Source: Arcticibacter sp.
GTDB lineage: Bacteria; Bacteroidota; Bacteroidia; 2-12-FULL-35-15
Assembly (NCBI GenBank): GCA_021155045.1
Contig: JAJNQB010000019.1
Span: 198,814 to 262,813 of the forward strand
Length of the DNA stretch: 64,000 nucleotides
Direction of reading: 5' to 3'
The notes below the pieces were generated by a model. That model worked only from the letters and a program-made list of their open reading frames with translations. It had not been told where the DNA came from and did not search any database. This document shows, piece by piece, positions 19,286 to 29,185 of the stretch (the stretch's first letter is position 1; every line of letters starts with the position of its first letter). A program made the position numbers and the translations under genes.

Positions 19286-19924
19286 TTATTCTCTTTTGGG
19301 TTTAACCGCAAAAACATTAAATCCTAAACCAAACGTGATTCGTATTTCTTCCAATGATAATGGACTGGGAGCATTTGATAAATGCTGCCCATATATATAT
19401 CTTGTTTCCATAAACAAATGGGCAAAACGTTGAAAATAATAGTTGAATCCTAATCCACATGTTGCTAAAGGACTTAAAACAGGAGAGTAGTATATGTTGT
19501 TTGTTGGATAAGTTCCATCGGCATTCATTACGTGCGGAGCTTTATTTACATCTAAATAAGAAGAAGAATAAGCAATGCTCGGTTGAAAAATAAAATAAGG
19601 GTCGAAATGATTTTTTGTTTTAAGGTGATAAACCAAACCAAGCCCAATAGAATGATTGTCCTTAAATCCAATATAATTTTTTGAAAGTTCAGAAGAACCT
19701 AATAAAAAATTTGCATCACCACGAACAGAAATTTTATTGTCAATATAATATTCTGCATTGCCATTTACATAAACGTTCCGAATCCCATCTTTATACATAT
19801 AACCCGAAACAATAGAAGCATCTGCTCTTATGAGGTGCTTAAAAATATATTGTTCTTTGGTTTGAGAAAAAAGTGTTGATGTAATGAACAAAAACACATA
19901 AGTTAAATTTTTATATAAACTCAT
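19286..19924 (-). CDS. Small outer-membrane beta-barrel protein (hypothetical)
   Basis: 212 aa with a signal peptide and alternating aromatic/polar beta-strand pattern. Confidence 0.5.
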   Translation of the reverse strand: MSLYKNLTYVFLFITSTLFSQTKEQYIFKHLIRADASIVSGYMYKDGIRNVYVNGNAEYYIDNKISVRGDANFLLGSSELSKNYIGFKDNHSIGLGLVYHLKTKNHFDPYFIFQPSIAYSSSYLDVNKAPHVMNADGTYPTNNIYYSPVLSPLATCGLGFNYYFQRFAHLFMETRYIYGQHLSNAPSPLSLEEIRITFGLGFNVFAVKPKRE

Positions 19925-19948
19925 TGTTGCCTCCTTTTTTTAGAAAAA

Positions 19949-20599
19949 TTATTTAGATTTTCTTTTGTGGTGTTGGTCCCACATATCAAACAATCGAACA
20001 TTTATACTTGCATTTATAAGCATGTGTCCTTCAACTCCTCTGTTTTGCGTTTTTTCAATTAACACGTCTTTTTTTCCTTCAAATTCAAAAACTTGAGTAT
20101 GCACATCATATCCAAGATGCATCATGTATTGAGCAGTTAGTGATATATCTACTCTGTCGGTTATATTGTAATGTGTTCCAATTCCAAATTGAACTGCACT
20201 ACTAAATTTATCTTTAAAAAAGTCAGAATTGTTTTTTGAAACTTTAGTATAATCAAAGCAATGCCCTGCTAAAATGTAAGGGGTTGCTTTTCCCTTTAAC
20301 ATTTGATAGTTGAACGGATAGGCTAATACACTCCATCCGATATGCCAATCAACTCTTCTAGCAACTCCAGAAATATCTGTTGTAATATAATCCATATACC
20401 AATCTGTATTTAAGCGGTTGAGTACACGAATTCTGAATTGCCCTCCATATCCAAATCCGTAAGCACCATCATCGCTAAAAGCGCTTACTGTATTTCTAGC
20501 ACCTAAAGAAAAATAGCCACTTTCTTTATCAACTTTTGGTGCTTCCTGTGCTGTAGCCATTGCTGTAATGAGCATAAACAGCAAAAATATTTTTTTCAT
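19949..20599 (-). CDS. Small outer-membrane beta-barrel protein (hypothetical)
   Basis: 216 aa with a signal peptide (ATAQEA) and an OMP-like strand pattern. Confidence 0.55.
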   Translation of the reverse strand: MKKIFLLFMLITAMATAQEAPKVDKESGYFSLGARNTVSAFSDDGAYGFGYGGQFRIRVLNRLNTDWYMDYITTDISGVARRVDWHIGWSVLAYPFNYQMLKGKATPYILAGHCFDYTKVSKNNSDFFKDKFSSAVQFGIGTHYNITDRVDISLTAQYMMHLGYDVHTQVFEFEGKKDVLIEKTQNRGVEGHMLINASINVRLFDMWDQHHKRKSK

Positions 20600-20673
20600 G
20601 TTGTATAAGAGATTATTGTGTTTCTGATAACAAAACTAAACTTAATATTAAATATTGTACAAAAAACAATTAT

Positions 20674-20681
20674 TACATTTG
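20674..20681 (+). promoter_or_regulatory. -7 box TACATTTG upstream of ctaA
   Basis: Exact TAnnTTTG match 26 nt before the ATG at 20707. Confidence 0.4.
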
Positions 20682-20706
20682 TTTCGAAAATTCTCAAAAC
20701 ACATTT

Positions 20707-21744
20707 ATGCTTAAAAATAACCCTCATCGGGCAATTATTATCTGGCTTTTAGTAGGCTGTTTTTTAATATACCTAATGGTTTTAATAGGAGGCATCACAC
20801 GTCTTACACACTCTGGGTTGTCAATGGTAGAGTGGAACATGATAATTGGTTCCTTTCCTCCTCTAAGCGATGAGGCATGGCAGACTCCATTCGAAAAGTA
20901 CAAACTAAGCCCAGAATACCAAATTATCAATAGCCAGTTTTCATTGGAAGAGTTCAAAGCAATATATTGGTGGGAATATATTCACCGTTTCTTAGGGCGT
21001 ACAATAGGCGTTGTATTCTTAGCACCATTTTTTTATTTTTTAATCAAAAAAAAGTTTGATAAATCATTCCTCCGAAAAATGTTTATTCTTTTGTTGTTAG
21101 GAGGATTTCAAGGAGCATTAGGCTGGTTTATGGTAAAAAGTGGTTTGCAAAAAGAACCACATGTGAGTCATTATCGTTTAGCCGCGCATTTAATAAGTGC
21201 TTTTACTGTATTTGGCTTTACATTGTGGTATGCCTTGGATCTTATTTATCCGATTACTATTACGGCAAATAACCGTCATAGTAAAATAATCCGATACAGT
21301 AAAATCGTATTTGGATTCATTGTTTTACAAATAATATACGGAGCTTTTGTAGCTGGATTAAAAGCAGGGATGTTTTACAATACATTCCCTAAAATGGGAG
21401 ACGAGTTTTTTCCCGATACGATTACTTCGCACGATTCATTTATACTTAATTTTTTTGAAAATGCTGCGGGTGTACAATTCGTACATCGTTTTTTGGCAAT
21501 AGTTGTAGCATTGATGGTGTTCTTGTTGTGGGATATGTCAAGAAAATTAGATTTGTCAATTTTGCAGCGTAAAGCAATAAATGCCATGCTGCTTGTCATG
21601 ATTTGCCAGTTCTTACTAGGAATAGTTACTTTGCTTTATGCCGTTCCTGTAATTTTGGGGGTGTTACATCAAACAGGCGCATTTTTTTTATTTACCGTTA
21701 GTTTGTGGTTTATACATAGTTTGAAAAAAAATAAATGCCGATAG
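20707..21744 (+). CDS. ctaA: Heme A synthase (COX15/CtaA family)
   Basis: 345 aa polytopic protein. Contains GGITRLTHSGLSMVEW, WEYIHR and conserved His pairs. Confidence 0.9.
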   Translation: MLKNNPHRAIIIWLLVGCFLIYLMVLIGGITRLTHSGLSMVEWNMIIGSFPPLSDEAWQTPFEKYKLSPEYQIINSQFSLEEFKAIYWWEYIHRFLGRTIGVVFLAPFFYFLIKKKFDKSFLRKMFILLLLGGFQGALGWFMVKSGLQKEPHVSHYRLAAHLISAFTVFGFTLWYALDLIYPITITANNRHSKIIRYSKIVFGFIVLQIIYGAFVAGLKAGMFYNTFPKMGDEFFPDTITSHDSFILNFFENAAGVQFVHRFLAIVVALMVFLLWDMSRKLDLSILQRKAINAMLLVMICQFLLGIVTLLYAVPVILGVLHQTGAFFLFTVSLWFIHSLKKNKCR

Positions 21745-21775
21745 AGAAGTTTCTAGAGTTTATTCAGTATCGGTA

Positions 21776-22375
21776 TTATTTTTTCCATTCAAAAGATTTA
21801 ATCAATTGATAAATATCTTTTCGAATAAAATCTAATGCTGGTTTTAATGAATCTGTATTGGGGACAGCATTAAAATAAAGAGAGCCTCTGATAAAATTTT
21901 TTGTACTATCTGTTAAAAAAAATTGAATACGAGAAGCAGCATTGCCTCCAATTTCATAAATAAGTCCGTAAACTTTGGTGGTATCATTACTAACCAATTG
22001 TTCTTGAATACTAGATGCTTTTATTTGATGTTTTGCCGCAAGTGTATAAGTGTTTTCGATATAGGTTTGTAAATTGCCTTCTACTTTTTTATAACTCAAA
22101 TGCAATGTGGAATTTAATTTAGGAAATTCCACATTTATCCAGCAAGGTTCTGCTCCTTGATGCTTATCGTTTTCAACGTAAGAATAAGTTGGTATATCAA
22201 ATTTAAATGGGCAAGAAGAATCATATTTTACATACGTTTTTTCGGGGAAAGTAATTCTGTAATATCCTCTTGGTTTAGGAGCAATTGTTTCATCATCATC
22301 AGAATTACAAGAAAACAAAAATGAGAATGAAATAAATAAAACAAAAAGAAGTTTACAGGAAATATTAGTCTTCAT
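21776..22375 (-). CDS. gldD: Gliding motility lipoprotein GldD
   Basis: Lipoprotein signal FLFSC, PKPRGYYRI motif, and a position directly after gldE. The ATG at 22375 is preferred over the ORF-track start at 22450. Confidence 0.8.
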   Translation of the reverse strand: MKTNISCKLLFVLFISFSFLFSCNSDDDETIAPKPRGYYRITFPEKTYVKYDSSCPFKFDIPTYSYVENDKHQGAEPCWINVEFPKLNSTLHLSYKKVEGNLQTYIENTYTLAAKHQIKASSIQEQLVSNDTTKVYGLIYEIGGNAASRIQFFLTDSTKNFIRGSLYFNAVPNTDSLKPALDFIRKDIYQLIKSFEWKK

Positions 22376-23708
22376 TTTTATCAATTGTAATTTTAATACG
22401 TTTAATTTTTCTGTTATCAGCAGATTCAATTGTAAATAAAAAACTCTCAAATTTTATTTTCTCATTTTTTGCTGGTATTCTTCTTTCTATTTCAGTAATA
22501 AATCCTGCAAGTGTATCTGCTTCACCTTTTACTTCTTCAAATGCAGTTCCATCAATTTGTAAAATTCGATACAAATCATTCAAATGCACTTTCCCCTCAA
22601 ATATATAATTATGGTTATCAAGTTTGGAGTAAATAACATCATCATCATCAAACTCATCATTTATTTCACCAACTATCTCTTCTATTATATCTTCTAAGGT
22701 TACTATGCCAGATGTACCGCCATATTCATCTACTACAATTGCTAGATGAATTTTTTCAAATTGAAATTCGCGCAACAAATCATCAATTTTTTTATTCTCT
22801 GGAACATAAAAAGGTTTGCGTAAAATGTTTTGCCAATCAAACATATCGTCTTTATCTATATGTAATAATAAATCTTTGGTGTAAAGAACTCCTGCAATAT
22901 TATCTAAATTTTCTTTGAATATAGGAATGCGTGAAAATCCGCTTGAGGTAATATTTGCAAGAATTTTTGTAAAAGGAGTGTTAAAATCAAATGCAGTTAC
23001 ATCCAATCTTTGTTTCATAATTTGTTTTACGTCAGTGTTGCCAAATTTTACAATTCCTTTTAAAATTTTATGGTCTTCCTCATCCATGTTTTTATCGTTG
23101 GTAAGTTCCAACGCTTGCGACAATTCATCAACAGAGATATTGTGTGCTTGAGGCTTAATAAATTTATCCAGTAAAGTGGTAGATAAAATTAAAAAAGCGC
23201 TGATGGGGGCAAATAGTTGTTTTAAAAATTTCACGAAAAAATAAAGATACCTTGCTGTTTTTAAAGGTTGTTGGGTTGCATAAATTTTCGGAATAACTTC
23301 TCCTATCAGCAATATTAAAAATGTTACAGCTACCACTTGTATAATAAAACCCTGAAGCGGATTGTGAGTAAAATCAAATAACCTTTCCATGATTAATGAT
23401 GAAAGGATAACGATAGCAATATTTATAAAATTAATACTTATTAAAAGTGTTGCAAGTAATTTTTTTGGCGACTCAATTAATGCGATTATTTTTTCATCTT
23501 TTTTAGCTCCTGAATTTTTTAGTTCATCTAAATCATTTGGGTCTAATGAAAAAAATGCTGATTCCGCAGCAGAAACTAGCGCAACAACAATCAATAAGGC
23601 AAAAACAGTAAATATTGACACGAATGCAGCCAAAGAAAATGGCTTAATAATTACGCTAAGAAATAATGGGTGGTTGAGAAAAAAAAGTAAATAGTCCGAG
23701 ACGTCCAA
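22365..23708 (-). CDS. gldE: Gliding motility protein GldE (CNNM TM domain + CBS pair + CorC_HlyC)
   Basis: 447 aa with a TTG start. DUF21-type TM region, CBS pair and C-terminal transporter-associated domain. The ssb-gldE-gldD order matches flavobacteria. Confidence 0.85.
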   Translation of the reverse strand: MDVSDYLLFFLNHPLFLSVIIKPFSLAAFVSIFTVFALLIVVALVSAAESAFFSLDPNDLDELKNSGAKKDEKIIALIESPKKLLATLLISINFINIAIVILSSLIMERLFDFTHNPLQGFIIQVVAVTFLILLIGEVIPKIYATQQPLKTARYLYFFVKFLKQLFAPISAFLILSTTLLDKFIKPQAHNISVDELSQALELTNDKNMDEEDHKILKGIVKFGNTDVKQIMKQRLDVTAFDFNTPFTKILANITSSGFSRIPIFKENLDNIAGVLYTKDLLLHIDKDDMFDWQNILRKPFYVPENKKIDDLLREFQFEKIHLAIVVDEYGGTSGIVTLEDIIEEIVGEINDEFDDDDVIYSKLDNHNYIFEGKVHLNDLYRILQIDGTAFEEVKGEADTLAGFITEIERRIPAKNEKIKFESFLFTIESADNRKIKRIKITIDKNED

Positions 23709-23780
23709 TTAGTGTAATATTTAGTTAAACAAAATGTATTGTCAAAATATAAACAACACATATAAACATTTTAGCAAAAG

Positions 23781-24185
23781 CTAAAAAGGTAAATCATCTC
23801 CTGTTTTTGGTGTAATAGGAGTACTGTCGTCATTGGACGGTTGTGAATTATTATCACGTTTACTCAACATTGTAAAGCTATCGCCAACAATTTCAGTAGT
23901 GTAACGTTTGTTTCCTTCTTTATCGTCCCACGAACGTGTACGAAGTTTCCCTTCTAAATAAATAGTCATTCCTTTTTTTAAGTATTTTTCAGCAACATCT
24001 GCTAAACCTCTCCAAACAACAATATTGTGCCATTCCGTTTGTTCTTGTCGGTTGCCATTTTTATCTTTAAATGTTTCAGTAGTTGCAAGAGGAAAATTAG
24101 CTACAGAAGCCCCCCCCTCTAAATGTCTTACTTCTGGGTCTTTCCCTAGATTTCCGATTAATATTACTTTATTTACGCCTGCCAT
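23781..24185 (-). CDS. ssb: Single-stranded DNA-binding protein (canonical, with DDLPF tip)
   Basis: 134 aa. [14 protein letters not shown]...[11 protein letters not shown] fold with the C-terminal GDDLPF. Confidence 0.95.
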   Translation of the reverse strand: MAGVNKVILIGNLGKDPEVRHLEGGASVANFPLATTETFKDKNGNRQEQTEWHNIVVWRGLADVAEKYLKKGMTIYLEGKLRTRSWDDKEGNKRYTTEIVGDSFTMLSKRDNNSQPSNDDSTPITPKTGDDLPF

Positions 24186-24334
24186 AAAGGTTTATTTTTT
24201 AGTGTTAATTTCATAGCAAACTTACATAATTTTTTCCTTTTTAGAAAATTGTAATCAGTTCACATAATGAACTGGCTATTTGGCACCCACACTATAAAGA
24301 ACTATTTTATCACGCTAAATTTTTAGATTATATG

Positions 24335-24342
24335 TACATTTG
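24335..24342 (+). promoter_or_regulatory. -7 box TACATTTG upstream of the OMP gene
   Basis: Exact TAnnTTTG match. It lies inside the ORF-track N-terminal extension, which argues for the ATG at 24350. Confidence 0.4.
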
Positions 24343-24349
24343 CGATACG

Positions 24350-24982
24350 ATGAAAAGGATATTAATTGTTTTGTTTGTATTAGTAATTTTGCCCCAAATA
24401 AGCTTTTCGCAAAAGCGATTTGCACCTGCAATTAGGCTAGGATTAGCTGCAACTCAGGTAGATGGTGATACCTATGCTGGATACAATAAGGTAGGACCTG
24501 TAATTGGGGCAACCTTAATGGGGAAAATTAATGCAAAATGGTCAGCTCAGTTCGAAATTGATTATATACAAAAAGGTAGCCGACATAATGCTGATATTGA
24601 TAAAGGTGATTATAGTTTTTACTTAATGAGGTTAAATTATATCGAAGTTCCTTTGTTGTTTCAATACCATCAAAAAAAATTTAGATTTGATATGGGACCA
24701 TCTTTGGCATATTTGTTTGGTGCTAGAGAGTTTGATTATAGCGGAGAAGTTCAAAATCAGTTCGATTTTAAGCCAACGGATTTATGTGCTAATATCGGGT
24801 TTTCATATACGCTCATTAATAATTTAAGCGTTAATTGGCGTTTTTCCTATTCTCTATTGCCTATCAGACAATTTCCAACATATTCAGGACTTTGGTACGA
24901 TAGAAATGTTCAAAAAAATAATTTATTTGTGTTTAGCTTGACCTACCAGTTTAACAAAAAAGAGGCTGATGAAAAAAAGTAA
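24350..24982 (+). CDS. Porin-family outer-membrane beta-barrel protein
   Basis: Signal peptide MKRILIVLFVLVILPQISFSQ, beta-strand pattern, C-terminal aromatic-rich strand. Confidence 0.65.
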   Translation: MKRILIVLFVLVILPQISFSQKRFAPAIRLGLAATQVDGDTYAGYNKVGPVIGATLMGKINAKWSAQFEIDYIQKGSRHNADIDKGDYSFYLMRLNYIEVPLLFQYHQKKFRFDMGPSLAYLFGAREFDYSGEVQNQFDFKPTDLCANIGFSYTLINNLSVNWRFSYSLLPIRQFPTYSGLWYDRNVQKNNLFVFSLTYQFNKKEADEKK

Positions 24983-25535
24983 GGTTGTTCTTGCCATTAC
25001 TGGTGCTAGCGGTTCGGTTTATGCTAAATTGTTATTAGAAAAACTGGCTCAACTTCAATCTCAAATTGCTGAGGTAGGAGTGGTGATGAGCGATAATGCA
25101 AAAGATGTTTGGAGGCATGAATTAGGAAATACTGATTTCGAAAAAATCTCGTTTAAAATATACGATAAAAATAACTTTCATGCTCCTTTTGCTTCTGGTT
25201 CGGCAAAGTTTGATACTATGATTATTTGTCCTTGTTCTATGGGAACTTTAGCTCGAATAGCAAGTGGAATTAGCAATGATTTAACCACCCGTGCTGCAGA
25301 TGTAATTTTAAAAGAAAGAAGAAAGTTAATTTTGGTAACACGCGATACACCATTAAATCTAATCCATATCAATAATATGAAAACGGTTACCGAAGCAGGA
25401 GGAATTATTTGCCCAGCAAGCCCTTCTTTTTATAGCAAGCCTACAACTATTGAACAAGTTGCCTCAACAGTAGTTGATAGGGTTATTGATTTGTGTGGTT
25501 GGGAGCATGCAACTTACCGTTGGAACGACCAATAA
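24969..25535 (+). CDS. ubiX: Flavin prenyltransferase UbiX
   Basis: 188 aa. Contains LAITGASGSVYA, ICPCSMGTLA and LVTRDTPLN. Confidence 0.92.
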   Translation: MKKSKVVLAITGASGSVYAKLLLEKLAQLQSQIAEVGVVMSDNAKDVWRHELGNTDFEKISFKIYDKNNFHAPFASGSAKFDTMIICPCSMGTLARIASGISNDLTTRAADVILKERRKLILVTRDTPLNLIHINNMKTVTEAGGIICPASPSFYSKPTTIEQVASTVVDRVIDLCGWEHATYRWNDQ

Positions 25536-25666
25536 ATTATCTTGTTTTCAATACATTCCGCTTTCGCAGAAGCTTTAAATAGGCGATAATTTATATTAAT
25601 TTTTTTTTTGTAAACATTTTAAAAATTTTTAACATAAAAAAATTTGATAAAACACTTCATAAAAGG

Positions 25667-25674
25667 TAACTTTG
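25667..25674 (+). promoter_or_regulatory. -7 box TAACTTTG upstream of the small ORF at 25749
   Basis: Exact TAnnTTTG match, implying a leader of about 70 nt. Confidence 0.35.
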
Positions 25675-25748
25675 CTTCAGAACATACGTTTTAATACAAA
25701 CATATTTGTTCTTTAAATTTTACTAACCTTAATACAACATCCCTAATC

Positions 25749-25943
25749 ATGTTTGAATTAAGTAAAAACATTCTCGAGAAAGTAAGTTTTGATAAAATGC
25801 TTTTTCGTAAAGAGTTGACAAAAGCTATGCGTTGGCTTAAACCAAATGAAAAAACGCTTTTAAAAATGTGGTGTTTAACCACATTCGGGCACATGTACAA
25901 GGATGTCATCCTTGACGTGTATAAGAACGTAACACGTTCTTAA
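25749..25943 (+). CDS. Small hypothetical protein (64 aa)
   Basis: Clean ORF with its own -7 box and no overlap with other genes. I believe similar small proteins occur in flavobacteria, but this is unverified. Confidence 0.45.
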   Translation: MFELSKNILEKVSFDKMLFRKELTKAMRWLKPNEKTLLKMWCLTTFGHMYKDVILDVYKNVTRS

Positions 25944-25976
25944 TCTTTTACTTTAGGACTAAATGGTTTAATTACT

Positions 25977-25984
25977 TATTTTTG
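25977..25984 (+). promoter_or_regulatory. -7 box TATTTTTG upstream of ispD
   Basis: Exact TAnnTTTG match 23 nt before the ATG at 26007. Confidence 0.4.
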
Positions 25985-26006
25985 AGCAATAAGTGTGATT
26001 TATTGT

Positions 26007-26672
26007 ATGCAAAAATATGTAGTTATAGTGGCTGGTGGTAGCGGAACAAGAATGAATAGTTCGGTTCCAAAACAATTTATTGAATTGTGTGGCAAGCCTA
26101 TTCTTATGCATACCATTCAAAAGTTTATTGACACTATTTCAGACATTCATGTTGTTTTGGTGCTTTCCTCTAAATACAAAACCGATTGGGAAAGTATTTG
26201 CAAAAAATATAATTTTAATCATAACATACATCTTGTTGAAGGAGGAGAAACCCGATTTCATTCTGTGAAAAATGGTTTGGCTCATGTTCCTGATGATTGT
26301 GTTGTGGGCATTCATGATGCTGCTCGGCCATTGGTAAGTGCCGAAACCATTTCAAAAACATTTGAAATAGCTGAAAAATTTGGAAATGCTTCTCCTGCAG
26401 TTCCTTTGAATGATTCTATGCGTTATTTAAAAGGAAAAGAAAATTGTGCGGTGGACAGAACACATTATTCCATTATTCAAACACCACAATGTTTTCATTC
26501 CGATTTAATAAAAAAAGCATTTTTAAAAGCTTATAAACCCGAATTTACAGATGATGCAACAGTACTAGAGTCGTTTGGAGAAAAAATAAATTTGGTGGAA
26601 GGAAATAGAGAAAACATTAAAATCACAACCCCGCAAGATTTATTGATTGCTGAAACTTTGATGAAATCATAA
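26007..26672 (+). CDS. ispD: 2-C-methyl-D-erythritol 4-phosphate cytidylyltransferase
   Basis: VVIVAGGSGTRM...PKQF motif and HDAARP. The ATG at 26007 is preferred to the GTG at 25995. Confidence 0.92.
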   Translation: MQKYVVIVAGGSGTRMNSSVPKQFIELCGKPILMHTIQKFIDTISDIHVVLVLSSKYKTDWESICKKYNFNHNIHLVEGGETRFHSVKNGLAHVPDDCVVGIHDAARPLVSAETISKTFEIAEKFGNASPAVPLNDSMRYLKGKENCAVDRTHYSIIQTPQCFHSDLIKKAFLKAYKPEFTDDATVLESFGEKINLVEGNRENIKITTPQDLLIAETLMKS

Positions 26673-26696
26673 GTTATTTTGTGGCTTCGCTGCAGT

Positions 26697-27923
26697 TTAT
26701 AATAGCTTTAAAACTCCTGTTATCTCCGAAATTTTAAATTTATCCACATTTGTAAGAAGATTTAATCCGGGTTTTTTACCTTTTTCAATTGTTCCTAAAT
26801 GATTAAAATCTAAAAATTCGGCACCATTTTTTGTTGCCCAAGTTAGTAAGGTGTTTAATTTAATTTCAGGAAAGTGTTTGCTTATTGTTTTTATTTCATC
26901 TAAAATAGATAAACTCCAATTAGAAGCAAGACTGTCGGTTCCAATGGTGATGTTGCAATTTTGTTCAATGAAAATAGGATAGTTCGGAAGCTTGTTTTCT
27001 ATATAAATATTAGCGTTGGGGCAAGTACAGAAATAGATTGATGATTGATGATTGGCGATGAAGGATTGAATAAATTTAATGTCTTCTTTTGAAGTAAATG
27101 TGTTGTGAACGAAGAGAATTTTTTTAGCATCTTTTAAAAAAGGCAATGTAGATTTAAGTGCATTTTTGCCTGTTTTGTGCATTAATTCGGGTTTTATTCC
27201 CATTTTTATAAATGTGTCGAACAATATTCCTTCGTTTTTTTCAAATAAAAGATTTTCGCCTTCGCTTTCTTGATTGTGAATGGTTAGGATACTGTTTTTA
27301 ATTTTTGCTTCTTCATTTATCAAATTCAATAAATCAAGAGATAAGGTGTAAGGAGCATGCGGAGAAATTGAATATTGACTTTTTTCTTTTTGAGAGGGGG
27401 AGTGTGAGTTTGTGTGTTGCTGGGCTGTGGTTTTTAATTCTTGGGATAATATTTTTCCATTTTTAAAAGCCTCTTTTGCTTTTGAAGCATCCAAACTAAA
27501 AATCTCAATAAATGTATGATAAACAATGTTGCCTTTTGATTTTTGCTTGAAAGTACTGTTGTTATTGGAAATATCGCCTACAGCAACAATTCCATTTCGT
27601 ATCATTTCTTGTTCGGCTGATTCAATATTTTTTTGAATTTCTTCTTCCGAAAAATTATTTCGTTTGCCGATTAATTCAGTTATAAAGCCAGCCATTCCTT
27701 TGTTTTCAGAAACTTTATTTTTTAAATGAGAAAGCTCCAAATGGCAGTGTGTGTTCACAAAGCCAGGGCAGATGATTCCTGAAAAAATTTCTACATCTTT
27801 TTCGTTTTCTGCAAATGGCACTGGAGAAGTTACAATCACCCCATCATCATCTACTGTAACAACCCCATTTTTAATGGGTGGAGATGAAATAGGAAAAATA
27901 TAATCAGCAGAAATTTTGCGCAT
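26697..27923 (-). CDS. Amidohydrolase family protein (chlorohydrolase/deaminase-like)
   Basis: 408 aa. Metal-binding NTHCHLELSH motif, later H and D (GTDSLAS). It carries a low-complexity insert, QQHTNSHSPSQKEKSQ. Confidence 0.8.
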   Translation of the reverse strand: MRKISADYIFPISSPPIKNGVVTVDDDGVIVTSPVPFAENEKDVEIFSGIICPGFVNTHCHLELSHLKNKVSENKGMAGFITELIGKRNNFSEEEIQKNIESAEQEMIRNGIVAVGDISNNNSTFKQKSKGNIVYHTFIEIFSLDASKAKEAFKNGKILSQELKTTAQQHTNSHSPSQKEKSQYSISPHAPYTLSLDLLNLINEEAKIKNSILTIHNQESEGENLLFEKNEGILFDTFIKMGIKPELMHKTGKNALKSTLPFLKDAKKILFVHNTFTSKEDIKFIQSFIANHQSSIYFCTCPNANIYIENKLPNYPIFIEQNCNITIGTDSLASNWSLSILDEIKTISKHFPEIKLNTLLTWATKNGAEFLDFNHLGTIEKGKKPGLNLLTNVDKFKISEITGVLKLL

Positions 27924-28008
27924 AGTTTAAAGAAAAACGTAAAATTACGAATTAATCGTACTGTGTCATAGATTCTTTCCTTGGCAACCTTTAAAGATGG
28001 ATTATTCG

Positions 28009-28016
28009 TATCTTTG
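28009..28016 (+). promoter_or_regulatory. -7 box TATCTTTG upstream of rlmN
   Basis: Exact TAnnTTTG match 25 nt before the ATG at 28041. Confidence 0.4.
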
Positions 28017-28040
28017 CATCGCTAAATTTATCAAAATTTG

Positions 28041-29117
28041 ATGGTTGCTAAAAAAGACATACGTTCACTTTCGCTCGAAGAACTTAAAGCTGTTTTTGTA
28101 GAAAATGGAGACCAAGCTTTTCGTGCTAAACAAGTTTATGAGTGGCTTTGGAAAAAATCGGCTACCACATTCGAAGAAATGACCAATTTGTCGAAAACAA
28201 CACGAGAATTGTTGGATAATCATTTTGTGATAAATGCTGTAAAAGTGGACGATATGCAGATTAGCAAGGACCACACAATTAAAAATGCATTTAAACTTTA
28301 CGATAGTAATATTGTTGAAGGGGTTTTAATTCCAACAACAAATAGGATGACAGCTTGCATTTCATCTCAAGTGGGGTGTAGCTTAACGTGCAAATTTTGT
28401 GCTACCGGAAAATTAGAACGTTTGCGTAATTTGAATGCAGATGAAATTTATGATCAAGTAGTATTAATAAAAAAACAAGCCGAAGAAAAATATAATACAC
28501 CACTTTCAAATATTGTTTATATGGGAATGGGCGAGCCTTTGCTTAATTATAAAAATGTATTGGAATCTGTAAATAAAATTACTTCTCCAGAAGGCTTGAA
28601 TATGTCGCCACAACGTATTACTATAAGCACTGCAGGCGTAGCTAAAATGATTATGAAACTAGGAGACGATGGTGTTAAGTTTAATCTAGCCATATCATTA
28701 CATGCTGCTAATGATGAAAAAAGAAATTACATCATGCCAATAAATGAAAGCAATAGTTTAGAGGCATTGGCGGAAGCATTAAAATATTTCTACGAAAAAA
28801 CAGAAACACGTGTAACATACGAATACATTGCATTTAAAGATTTTAATGACAGCTTACAAGATGCAAAAGAACTAGCGGATTTCTGTAAACATATTCCTTG
28901 TAAAGTAAATATTATTGAATACAATCCTATTGATGGTGGTGAGTTTCAACAAACAACATCCGAAAGATTAAATGCTTTTGCAAACTATTTAGAAAGTAAA
29001 AATATAATTGTAAATGTGAGAAGAAGTAGAGGAAAAGATATTGATGCTGCATGCGGACAGTTGGCAAATAAGAATAAAGAAGGGCTGGAAAAGAGGAAAA
29101 TGAAAATAAGTAAATAG
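28041..29117 (+). CDS. rlmN: 23S rRNA (adenine2503-C2)-methyltransferase, radical SAM
   Basis: Radical SAM CSLTCKFCATG, MGMGEPLLN, and C-terminal DIDAACGQL. Confidence 0.95.
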   Translation: MVAKKDIRSLSLEELKAVFVENGDQAFRAKQVYEWLWKKSATTFEEMTNLSKTTRELLDNHFVINAVKVDDMQISKDHTIKNAFKLYDSNIVEGVLIPTTNRMTACISSQVGCSLTCKFCATGKLERLRNLNADEIYDQVVLIKKQAEEKYNTPLSNIVYMGMGEPLLNYKNVLESVNKITSPEGLNMSPQRITISTAGVAKMIMKLGDDGVKFNLAISLHAANDEKRNYIMPINESNSLEALAEALKYFYEKTETRVTYEYIAFKDFNDSLQDAKELADFCKHIPCKVNIIEYNPIDGGEFQQTTSERLNAFANYLESKNIIVNVRRSRGKDIDAACGQLANKNKEGLEKRKMKISK

Positions 29118-29185
29118 CGATTAGGCAATAGTAATTAGGCTAAGCTCCCTTTTAACTATTTACTAATCCCTTATCGCTGAAAAAT